Positions 38,101 to 50,100 of a DNA stretch of 64,000 bases are shown in pieces. Below the pieces are notes generated by a model that did not search any database, was not told the origin of the DNA, and saw only the letters and a list, made by a program, of their open reading frames with translations. This DNA is from Phaeosaccion multiseriatum (Eukaryota > Protista > Ochrophyta, other classes). The stretch spans positions 1,240,001-1,304,000 of the forward strand of contig OZ218950.1 in NCBI GenBank assembly GCA_965112735.1, given 5' to 3'. The position numbers and the translations under genes are program-made. Position 1 is the first letter of the stretch. The number at the start of each line of letters is the position of its first letter.

Positions 38101-41100
38101 TTCAAGCCGCACCGCCATACCCACGTCGCCCCATGGGCCCCACTGAATGTTGGAAGCAGGAAGGCCAAGCTGGCGTCGGCGGTACCGCATCAGCCCGTCC
38201 AAAGCAGCATTGGCCCCGGCATAGGCGCTCTGATTGGACAAGCCAAGCAAAGCGGAGGTCGATGAGTACGAGGCGAAGAAGTCGATCTCCTCCCTGCCGC
38301 TCGCCGCCCACTCAAGGCACAGCGCGTGGAGATTCCAACCTCCCTGTATCTTGGCGGCAAAGACGTTTCGCACGTTCTCTTCCTTCTCGCCCGACAACAT
38401 TCCCTTTGTGCCATTCACCTCCGCTGCGTGGATCACACCCCGAATATGAGGCAGGCCCACCAAAGCATTCGCTACAGCATCTCGAAGCTGGCACATGTCA
38501 GACACATCGCAGGCCACGGCCACAGCGGTGACACTCTCCATGCTCTGCAGGGCCTGCCACAGCTCTGAAACTTCCTCCGCCACCCGGCCGCTTTGAGAAA
38601 GGAGGAGCAGGTGTCGAGCACCCTGGGAGACCAAGTGATTCGCCGTCGCCAGCCCCAGCCCCCCCAGACCACCGCTGATCAGGTAGGTCCCATCCTCCCT
38701 GCACGTGAAGCGATCGACTCCTGCCGGCGTCAGATGGAGTGTGCTGGGCACCAGCCTCGGAGCGAGGATCCCACACCCTCGAACCAGCAGGTCCACGCCT
38801 CGGCCGCCGTCGCGGGCTCCTGCAGCCAGCGTCACAGCCTGGGAGATAGCTTGGGCTTCCATCTTCTCTACTCTAGGTCGTGCATCCTCAAACTGTGGAT
38901 ACATGGCATACTCAAGGTCGATGTGGTTCACATCGAGGTCGCCCCGCTCCAGGCGTACGCTTCTCACCAGTCCCACTGCCCAGCTGTCCTGCCAACCAGC
39001 ACCGCTGTACACTCCCGTTGTCACCACCGTGATCGGCATCACTGCCGCGTCCCCGTCTAAGCTCTGTACAGTTTGCACAAAGTGGATTGCCCCATCGGTA
39101 GCAGAGCCCGTTGCTGACGTCAAGTAGAAGAGATGGGCCCCACGTGGCTGCGCGTCCGAGCCGAGCGCCTCCACCATGTGCACCTCTACACCAATTGCTG
39201 CCGCCGTGCTTTGGATAGCTTCCAAGGCTCTGTGGTTGTTCGATGCGTGCTGCTCTTCAGCTGCCTGGGGAATCACGACGAGCCACGGAAGGTGGCCGGT
39301 CAGCGAAGCCGGCTGCGAAGCCGTGGGCACCTCCACCGCCTCCCACTCAACAACATAGAGCGGGCCCTGCTCAGCTTCACTCCGCGGCTGACGTGCTGCT
39401 GTGGCTCGCGCTGTGTACCAAGGAAAGGCTTTGCGCGTTGGGAACAGGATATGCTCCTTGCCCTTACTCTCTGGCTGCTGCACTGTGCTTAGAGCTGCTC
39501 GAAACGAATCCTCAGAGTTCTGCCCTCGTGTGAGGGAGGAGATCCACGCCAACCCCTCGCGACGCTCGCACTTGGCTCCCATGCTGCTCAGCACAGGGTT
39601 GGGGCCCACCTCAACGATGCTCAGGTCAGCCCCCCTCCCGTCTCCCATCCAGTGCTCCACCACCGTGTGGATGCCTTCTGCGAACAGCACTGGCGACAGC
39701 ATGTGCTGCACCCAATACGTCGCCTGCGTCACCTCCTCCCCTCTCACCACCTCACCCGTCACGTTGGACACCAGGGGAATGCGTGGGGCGCTGAATGACA
39801 CCTGCCTCAGAACCGCCTCCAGCGCACCTACAGCGGGCTCCATCAGAGGAGAGTGGAAGGCGTGCGACACCTCCAGAGCCTTGCAGCCCACCCCATCTGC
39901 CGTCAGCCTCTCCACCACCTTGTCCACAGCACTGCGAACTCCAGAGATCACGCTCGCGCTCGGTCCATTCGACGACGCCAGCACCACCTCGCCTGCCCCC
40001 CCCGCAGCGTTGATACTTGCCAAGGTAGCCACGCGGCCTGCCCTCACTGCGAACATCACTCCCTTGCCCTCGGGGCAGGCCTCCATGGCGGCTCCTCTCT
40101 TGGCGGACAGCATCAGCCCGTCCTCCAGCGACATGACGCCGGCCACGCACGCCGCCACTACCTCGCCCAGGCTGTGGCCCATCACCATGGACGGCTCCAC
40201 ACCCTCCGACTTCCACAGCTCACACAGGGCGTACTCCAGCACAAACAGGCACGGCTGGCAGTAGCGTGTCTCCTTCAGCAGCGCTTGTGCAGTCTCCTCC
40301 TCCTCCTTCTCGTCCTGAGCGGCGGTAGGGTACATGAGCTCCACCACAGACTTGTCCAGCCATTCCCGCTCCATGAGCAGCCTGCTGCACCGCTGCACGC
40401 ACTCGCGGAACACGCCCTCCTTCTCGTACAGCTCCCTGCCCATGCCCACGTACTGCGAACCCTGTCCTGTGAACAAGAACGTCACCGGCGAACTGTTCTT
40501 GCCTCGCTGCCCATCCAGCTGCAGCAAGGCTCGGCTCTCGCTCTCCTCCACCATCGTCGGTCCGAAGCTGCTGAGCACCGCATGGACGTTGGCTCCTCCC
40601 GCGCCGAAGGAGCTGACAGCAGCCGTGCGCCTCTCCCCGTCCCTGGCACTTAGTGGCACCATCGTAGACGGCAAAGTCACCGGAAAGCCATCCAAACGAA
40701 GCTCCGGATTGAGCTTCCTCATGTGGAGATTTGGGGGAGCAGATCCATGCTGAAGGACCAGCAGAGCTTTGATGAGGCCAGCAATTCCGGACGCACCCTC
40801 TAGATGCCCGATATTGGTCTTCACCGCCCCAACCACCAGGGGCCGAGCTTCCTCGCGGCCATGGCCATACACGGCCCTCAAAGCACTCATCTCGATGGGG
40901 TCGCCGAGAGAAGTCCCGGTGCCGTGCGCCTCCACGTAATCAATCTCCAGACCGCTCAAGCCGGCCTCCGCCAGTGCCTGCTCCATCAGACGCTGCTGAG
41001 CAGAAGGGCTCGGGGCAGTGTAGCGCAAACTTCTCCCGTTGTGGTTCGCAGCGCAGCCATTGACAACAGCGAGGATGTGGTCGCCAGTGGCCTGTGCATC

Positions 41101-44100
41101 ATCCAGTCGCTTCAGTACCACGGCGCCACAGCCCTCACCTCGGACGTAACCGTTGGCCGCAGCGTCGAACGTCTTGCAGCGCCTGACCATGAGGAATTGA
41201 GGGTTTGCAAAAGTGAAGAACAGACAAGAGGAAATCCATCAGCAGCAACAGGGGCCTTTCAGACAGCTTGGGCCTTTTGATATGGCTCTCATCGCGGCCC
41301 CAAGAACAAGCTACCACCCACACAAAAGAAACACACACTTACCAGTCAAGACTCAGGAAACCCCCTTCAGCGAGGGCTTCGAACGCCTGTGTACCCAGCA
41401 GCAAGTTGACGCCTCCCACCAAAGCGATGTCACACTTCCCCAGCCGCAAGCTGCTGCAGGCCCCCTCCAGTGCCACCAAAGACGACGAGCACGCCGTGTC
41501 GACACTCATGCTCGGCCCTCCGAGGCCCAGCACGTACGACATCCGATTTGCCGGACTCGCATTGGACATGCCCATGACGGAGTACGCACCCTTGTTCGCA
41601 TCGTCTACCACTGAGCCCCACTCGCTGCCGGACATGCCCACGAACACACCGGTGTTGCTGCCATGTAGTGTGTCCTTGCGGTATCCCGCCCTGTGCAGCG
41701 CCTCGTACCCCACCTCCAGCATGACGCGCTGATGAGGGTCCATGGCACCTGCCTCGGCCGCAGAAATGCCGAAGAAGGTGTTGTCAAAAGCCTCCACTCC
41801 ATCAATGAAGCCCCCTTGCCACTGCTTCTGACCCTCATCGGCCCAGCGACCAACAGGGCTGGCTCCAATACAGTCTGTCCCTGCACAGAGCATAGCCCAG
41901 AAGTCCTCGGGGTTCTTAACCCCTCCAGGGAAGCGACAGGCGATCCCGACGACGGCCAGCGGCGCCCTTGAGTCAGTGCGGTGCGCTTCAGCAGCGATCG
42001 CCGCAGAGCGACTGCCATAGGCTTCCTCTACCTCGCCAAGCACCTCCGCTTCGATCCACACTGCCAGCGCCGCTACCGTGGGATACGCGAAGAGCACGTC
42101 AGTGGTCACTACAGCCCCGAAGCGAGCCTGTAGACGGCCGCGCAGCTCCACTGTTGACAAAGAGTCAAGACCTGCCTCCATCAAAGGCGTGTTCGCGTCC
42201 AGCTCTTCGGCACCCTCCCCAAGTAGGTCCTTGGCGATATCAAGCACCGCCAATCGCACTGATTGCTGTCGCTCGCCAGGGGGCAGTCTCAAGAGCGCCT
42301 CGCGCACTTCATTGTTGAGTTCGGTGTTTCTCGACGCGCCCGCTGCTGCTGCGACAAGCCCTGACAGAAGGAACGAGCCGCGGGACGCACCCAAGCTGTC
42401 TGCAAACTTGGCCCAGTCCATCCCTGGCAGCACGGCCACATCGCCCAAATACGCTGACGACATCGCAGCGGCATCTAAGGCAGCCATGCCCAGCTCAGAT
42501 GACACCGTGCCCACACCCGCCAGCTCCAACTGCTTTTGAACGATATCGAGCTGGGCGGCCATACCCACGTCAGCCCACGGCCCCCACTGCACTGACGTCC
42601 CTGTGAGCCCGAGGTGTCGCCTGTGCCGTATCAGCCCGTCCACTGCCGCATTCGCTGCAGCGTAGTTGGCCTGTCCAGCGTTACCCAGTACTCCCGCCAT
42701 GGATGTGAAGCAAAAGAAGAAGTCAAGGCCAGGAGCGCGTCCCTCCTCCTTCGCCCAAGCCAACGAAAGCTCGTGCAAATTTATCGCCCCCTGCACCTTC
42801 GGTCGGAACACGTTCGTCATGCTCTCCGCCGTTTGCTCTCCCAGCAGCTTATCATCCAGCACCCCGGCAGCATGCACCACGCCGCGCACAGGGGGCAGCA
42901 GAGGCAGCACGACCCCCAGGCAAGTCCGAAGTGCCTCAACATCAGCAACGTCACAAGTAGGAGTATGGATCAGCTCCACCTCGTTCTGAAGCTGCTGCCA
43001 TTGCTCTGTCATGCTCTCAGCGACCTTCCCACTCCTCGACAGCAGCACCAAGTGACGAGCGCCCCTCGACGCGAGGTGCTGGGCCGTTACGAGGCCGAGA
43101 GCCCCCAGACCGCCGCTGATGACGTACGTGCCGTCGGACACCACTGGCACACCATACGAGGGGTTGGTTAGCACCACCTTGCCGATATGCTTCGCTTGGC
43201 TCATGAGTGCCATAGCCTTCTGGGTATCCTCCCTCATGTCAAAGGGTATGGTTGGTAAGGGCTTTACATTGCCAGACATGCAGTCTTCAGCCAGATGCTG
43301 CAGCTCGTCGCTTATCCAGCCCGGCCCACCCACCGAAAAGTCGAACTCGATAATGGCGTCCACAGCGACGAGGTTGTACCTCACATCGGGACGGGCGGTG
43401 TGCATCTGCTCGTGACTCCATACACCTATCTTCCCAATCTCCACGAATCTGCCTCCCTCTGTCAGCATGTCCAATGAGAAGGGAATGTAGTCCTCGCTCA
43501 GAGAGTTGAGCACCACGTCCACCTTCATCTCACCCATGGACTGCTTGAACGCCTCTGCGTCTCTTGAAGACGCAATGTGCTCCACTCCCAGGCTCCGGAG
43601 GAAGTCATGCTTCACAGCAGCACCGGCAGTAGCGTACACCTCCGCGCCCACCCGCTGAGCATACTGCACGGCGGCAAGGCCCACACCGCCCGATGCGGCA
43701 TGAATCAACACCTTCTCTCCAGCCTTGAGGTCGTGGAAGGCCTTCACTACCGTCAAGAACACGGTGGGAAGTGCAGCGGCCTGCTCGAAGCTCAGCACGG
43801 CCGGCATCACGGCCAGACACACATCACTCGTCGTCATATGACTGCGCAAACATCCCGCATCCGCAAAGCCAAACACTGCGTCGCCGACACGGAAGCGCGA
43901 GCTTCCTCCCACACTGAGCACCTCCCCGGCGAACTCTGAGCAAGGATCTCCAGGATCGCCAGGGTACATGTCCAGCACATTCAGCACGTCCCGGAAGTTA
44001 AGGCCAACGGCCCTTACGGCCACCTCCACGGAGCTGTCATCAAGGGGCTGATGTTTGCCATTGTTCACATCATCACGAAGGGCGAAAGCGTTGGCAATGC

Positions 44101-47100
44101 TGCCTCTTGCCTTCAAGTCAAGCACGAAGGGAAGCTGCAGGGGCTGACGTATAAGATGAGGAGCCCAGCACTGTCCGTCGCGTACCCACACATCTTCTGT
44201 GGCAGGGAAGGCCAAACCTAAGGCAAGCTCGCTGTCTTGGACCTTCTTGTCGCTCAGGTCCACCACGCCAATCTGCAGGGAGGGGTGCTCCACCCTCGCA
44301 GTCCGCACCAGCCCAGTCACCCAGCTGTGACGCCAGTCCTCGCCACTTTGGACGCCTCTCGTCAAAACCGTCAGCGGTACCCTTGATGCAGTACACAGGC
44401 TCCTAAGTAGAGCCATGAGGGCGTAGGCGGCTCGTGCTTGCGGGCTTCCTTCTGCGTCTTCTTCGCCAGCTCCGGGTATTAGCACGTACAAGACTCGAGC
44501 CCACTCGTCCTCTCCAAGAAGAAGAGCACCATCATCCCCGGAGGCGTCCATCCGCCCATATCGAGTGTGTACGTCCACGTTCTCCGGAGCACAGCGCCGC
44601 ACGGCAGCAATAACTGCAGTCTCTCCCTCCCTCTCGTCCTGTGGAATAACCACGAGCCACTTTTGACGCGCCGCAGCCTCAGCAGGGTCAGTATCACTTC
44701 CAGGGCCCTCGTCTTGTGTAGACGACTCAGTGGTCTGCCATTCAAGCGAGTACATCGCCCGACGAAGCGGATTGGGGCGCGCAAAGCCTCTCGCCCGCTG
44801 AGTGCGGAACCCACGCATCTCCATAAGAATCTGCTTGCTATCAAAGTCGGCAATCTTGATATCAAACTTGATGCTGTTGCCCCCGGGCTCCACTTCACCG
44901 AGCGTCGCGTGCACCCAAACCTGCTCTCCCGTTATGGGGGCAGAAACGATCACCTCGTCAAAGCCAACAGGCAGGAATGGAGCTCCATCCCTCGCTCTCA
45001 GCAACTGGCGTGGGATTGCGTGCAAAAGTGAGTGAGTCGCATTGTCGAGCACCGCAGGGTGCATAGCAAAGCCCGTTACCTCCCAAGGCTCGCACAGGTC
45101 CGAGTCGAGAGCACGCACGACCGATAGCACCTCTCCGGCATTGGCGAACATCTGTACATTCCGCTCAAAGCGAGGGCCATAGTTGAAGTTGGCATCCACC
45201 ATTGCCTTGTACAGGCCATGGACCAAGTCCACAGTCCCTACCCGCCCCTCGATTCCCTCTATATCCAGCATGTCACGCGGCTCGGTTCGCTCCCTGGCAG
45301 ACACGTGGTCCATCCTCGCGGTCGCTCCCTTGTCACCCTCAATGCCTCCGAAAAACTGCATGCTTCCATCGCTCGCGTATAGAGCACTCAAGCCGTCACA
45401 GACAATAGTATTGCGGCTCTGCGCTTGGTCCGTGCCCGTGTGCTGGAAACCCTCAATCTCCAATGGAGCCACAAAGCTGGCTCCTTGCAGGACGACTTGC
45501 TGCTCCGCCCCGAGCCGTCTTCCTCCTAGAGCAGTGACAACACCCACTTCAATGTATGTCACCCCTGGAATGATCACCACATTGTTGACTGCGTGGTCCT
45601 TGAGAAGGTCCTTGATGTGAGGCGAGAAGGGGCAAGAGAGCCGCATTCCGTCTCCCTCTTGGACCACCTCGCCACTGGGCATGAATGCCAGTGGAGGCCT
45701 GAACCAACGAAACGCTTGGCGTGTGGGGTACAATGCGCCACGCTCTGACTCGCTGTCCTTCTGAAGAGCATCGTTGAGACTGACGCCCTCTCTGTCGGCA
45801 TGCGCGGCCGTACTCCCAGCTCTGGGACCGGATAGCACGGCATGAGTATTGGTTCCGCCGGCGCCGAAAGAGCTCACGGCAGCAACGAGCGCTCCTGTCC
45901 GCCCGCCTTGACCCACGGGCTCCATGGTCACAGGTAACGTCACAGGGACGCCCGTGAGCTCCAGCTCGGGGTTGATGTCCTTCAAATGCAGGTTCGGAGG
46001 GGCGACGCGGTGCTGCAGCACCAGTACGGTCTTGATGAGGCCTGCAATACCTGCTGCACCCTCCAGATGGCCGATGTTGGCCTTCAGCGCACCTACCACC
46101 AAGGCATTTGCCTCGCTACGGTCCGGTCCGCAGTACACTGCCTTAAGGGCGCTCATCTCGATGGGGTCTCCCAGCGCCGTTCCCGTGCCGTGCGCCTCTA
46201 CGAAGCTCACCTCTGCGGGGTCCCTTCCCGCCTCTGTCAGAGCGGCAGACAGGAGCTGCTGCTGAGCAAGAGGACTGGGTGCCGTCAGACGAGCGCTGGT
46301 CCCATTGTGGTTGACAGCACAGCCCTCTATCACCGCTAGCACAGCGTCCCCGCTGGCCATAGCATCATCAAAGCGCTTCAGCACAATGGCACCACATCCT
46401 TCGCCTCTGACGTAACCATTTGCCGATGCGTCAAACGTCTTGCAGCGCCTGTCACGAGGAAGAGAAAGGTTGGTGGGGTGTGAGTGGGGTGCAACGGAAG
46501 GTCTTGTTTGACTGTAGCGAAGACGCCCAAGAATGAGCTGCACGGAGCAGAAAAGGGAAAAATGCTTCAGAGCACTCAGACCAGAGCGGCCAGTGCCACT
46601 TACCAATCGGGGGAGAGGAAGGTCCCCGCAAGCAAGGACTGAAAGGCGCTTTTCCCGAGCAGCAGGTTCACGCCACCGACCACCGCCGAGTCGCACTTGC
46701 CCAGGCGGAGGCAGCGTCCAGAGCCACCAGGGACGACGAGCATGCTGTCTGCAGCAACGCGCTGGGGCCGCAGAGGCCCAGAGTGTAGGATACGCGATTA
46801 GCAATGTTCGAAGCCGTCAGGCCCATTCCGCCGTAGGCGCTCTGAGCAGCGGCATCTCCTGCCACGAAGCCCCAGTCCGTGTCCGACAAGCCCACGAACA
46901 CGCCGGTGTTGCTGCCCCGCAGGCTGCTCTTGCTGTGGCCGGCGCGATGGAGGGCCTCGAAGGCCACCTCCAGCATGAGGCGCTGATTGGGGTCCATTGC
47001 CTCTGCCTCGGCAGCACTGATACCAAAGAAGGCATTGTCGAACATCTCCACGCCCTCGATGAACCCTCCCTGTAGCTGCAGCTCGCCCGTCTTACTCTCC

Positions 47101-50100
47101 CACCTGTCGTGTGGCGCTGCCGTAATGCAGTCTCTGCCCTCGCACAACATTGACCAGAACTGCTCCGGGCTATTGGCTCCACCGGGGAGGCGACACGCCA
47201 TACTCACCACAGCGATGGGGGCTCGAGAGTCCGAGGACAAGTGTTGTCCTGTCAGCACCTTTTTACCCCCCTCTACATCATCCAGCACCTCGAGAATCTG
47301 GGCCTCGAGCCACGCGGCCATTGCAGAGACAGATGGATACGAGAAGAAGGCGCCATTCGACACGGGGACACCACACCAGGCCTCGATTCGCTTGCGAAAC
47401 TCCACGGACGCCATCGAATCGAGTCCGGCTTCCATCAAGGGCATCGTTGCTGCCAAGGTGAAGCCCTCGCCAACACACTCGACCACCATGTCCGTCAGGA
47501 CCTGCTCGATCCTCTCCCGCCGTGCTGACTCCGGCAAGAGCAGGAGCTCCTCCCGCACCTCGGCGTTGACGCTGTACCCTCTTGACGCCTCATCATTTTC
47601 TCCGCGGTCTGCCAATTGCCCGAGAAAATCGCTGTGCACCGGGTCCAAGCTCGCTCGAAATCTGCCCCACCTCATGGCCGGCATGACGGCCACCTCCTGC
47701 ACGTTGGCTTGCGCTTGACTTGCAAGGACGGCATCCAGAGCCTTCATACCTAGCGCCGATGAGATCAGGCCCACTCCGGTCATCTCCGCAGCTTTGGACA
47801 CCATTTCAAGCCGCACCGCCATACCCACGTCGCCCCATGGGCCCCACTGAACGTTGGAAGCAGGAAGGCCAAGCTGGCGTCGGCGGTACCGCATCAGCCC
47901 GTCCAAAGCAGCGTTTGCCCCGGCATAGGCGCTCTGATTGGACAAGCCAAGCAAAGCGGAGGTCGATGAGTACGAGGCGAAGAAGTCGATCTCCTCCCTG
48001 CCGCTCGCCGCCCACGCGAGGCACAGCGCGTGGAGATTCCAACCTCCCTGGATCTTGGCGGCAAAGACATTTCGCACGTTCTCTTCCGTCTCGCCCGACA
48101 ACATTCCCTTTGCGCCAGTCACCCCCGCTGCGTGAATCACACCCCGAACATGAGGTAGCCCCACCAAGGCCGTTGCTACAGCATCTCGAAGCTGGCCCAT
48201 ATCGGACACATCGCAGGCCACGGCCATAGCGGTGACACTCTCCATGCTCTGCAGGGCCTGCCACAGCTCTGAAACTTCCTCTGTCGCCCGGCCGCTTCGA
48301 GAAAGGAGGAGCAGGTGTCGAGCACCCTGGGAGACCAAGTGATTCGCCGTCGCCAGACCCAGCCCACCCAGCCCACCGCTGATGAGGTAGGTCCCATCCT
48401 CTCTGTACGTGAAGCGATCGACTCCTGCCGATGTCAGATGGAGTGAGCTGGGCACCAGCCTCGGAGCGAGGATCCCACACCCTCGAACCAGCAGGTCCAC
48501 GCCTCGCGCTCCGTCGTGAGCTTCTGTAGCCAGCGTCACCGCCTGGGAGACAGTTCGGGCTTCCATCTCCTCTACTCTAGGTCGAGCATCCTCAGACTGT
48601 GGAGACATGGCACACTCAAGGTCCACGTGGTTCACGGAGAGGTCGCCCCGCTCCAGGCGTATGCTTCTCACCAGCCCCACCACCCAGCTGTCCTGCCAAC
48701 CAGCACCGCTGTACACTCCCGTTGTGACCACAGTGACGGGCATCATTGCCTCGTCCCCGCCTAAGCTCTGTACAGTTTGCACAAAGTGGATTGCCCCATC
48801 GGTAGGAGAGCACGTCCCTGACGACGCCAAGTAGAAGAGATGGGCCCCATGGAGCTGCGCGTCTGAACCGACCGACTCCACCACGTGCACATCCACACCA
48901 TTTGCTGTCGCCGTGCTTCCGATAGCTTCCAAGGCTCTGTAGTTGCTCGATGCGTGCTGCCCTTCGGCTGCCTCGGGAATCACGACGAGCCACGGAAGGC
49001 TGTCGGGCGCAGAAGCCTGCTGCGAAGCCGAGGGTACCTCCACCGCCTCCCACTCAACAACATAGAGCGGGCCCTGCTCAACCTCACTCCGCGTCTGAGG
49101 TGCTGCTGTAGCTCGCGCTGTGTACCAAGGAAAGGCCTTGCGCGTTGGGAACAGGATGCGCTCCTTACACTTTTGCTGCTGTACTGTGCTCAGAGCCGCT
49201 CCAAAAGAATCCTCAGAGCTCTTCCCGCGCGTGAGGGAAGAGATCCACGCCAGGCCCTCGCGACGCTCGCAGTTGGCCCCCATACTGCTCAGCACCGAAT
49301 TGGGCCCCACCTCAACGATGCTCAGGTCAGCCCCCCTCCCGTCTCCCATCCAGTGCTCCACCAGCGTGTGGATGCCTTCTGCGAACAGCACTGGCGACAG
49401 CATGTGTTGCACCCAATACGTCGCCTGCGTCACCTCCTCCCCTCTCACCACCTCACCCGTCACGTTGCACACCAGGGGAATGCGTGGGGCGCTGAATGAC
49501 ACCTGCCTCAGAACCTCCTCCAGCGCACGTACAGCGGGCTCCATCAGAGGAGAGTGGAAAGCGTGCGACACCTCCAGGGCCTTGCAGCCCACCCCATCTG
49601 CCGTCAGCCTCTCCACCACCTTGTCCACAGCACTGCGAGCTCCAGAGATCACGCTCGCGCTCGGTCCATTCGACGACGCCAGCACCACCTCGCCTGCCCC
49701 CCCCGCAGCGTTGATACTTGCCAAGGTAGCCACGCGGCCTGCCCTCACTGCGAACATCACTCCCTTGCCCTCGGGGCAGGCCTCCATGGCGGCTCCTCTC
49801 TTGGCGGACAGCATCAGCCCGTCCTCCAGCGACATGACGCCGGCCACGCACGCCGCCACTACCTCGCCCAGGCTGTGGCCCATCACCATGGACGGCTCCA
49901 CACCCTCCGACTTCCACAGCTCACACAGGGCGTACTCCAGCACAAACAGGCACGGCTGGCAGTAGCGTGTCTCCTTCAGCAGCGCTTCTGCAGTCTCCTC
50001 CTCCTCCTTCTCGTCCTGAGCGGCGGTAGGGTACATGAGCTCCACCACAGACTTGTCCAGCCATTCCCGCTCCATGAGCAGCCTGCTGCACCGCTGCACG

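Noticed and set aside
46449-46804. N-terminal ~120 aa of ORF 41339..46804 as the start of a separate PKS gene
   Set aside because: It is an off-frame reading of the KS exon plus a 155-bp GT-AG intron at the conserved KS intron position.
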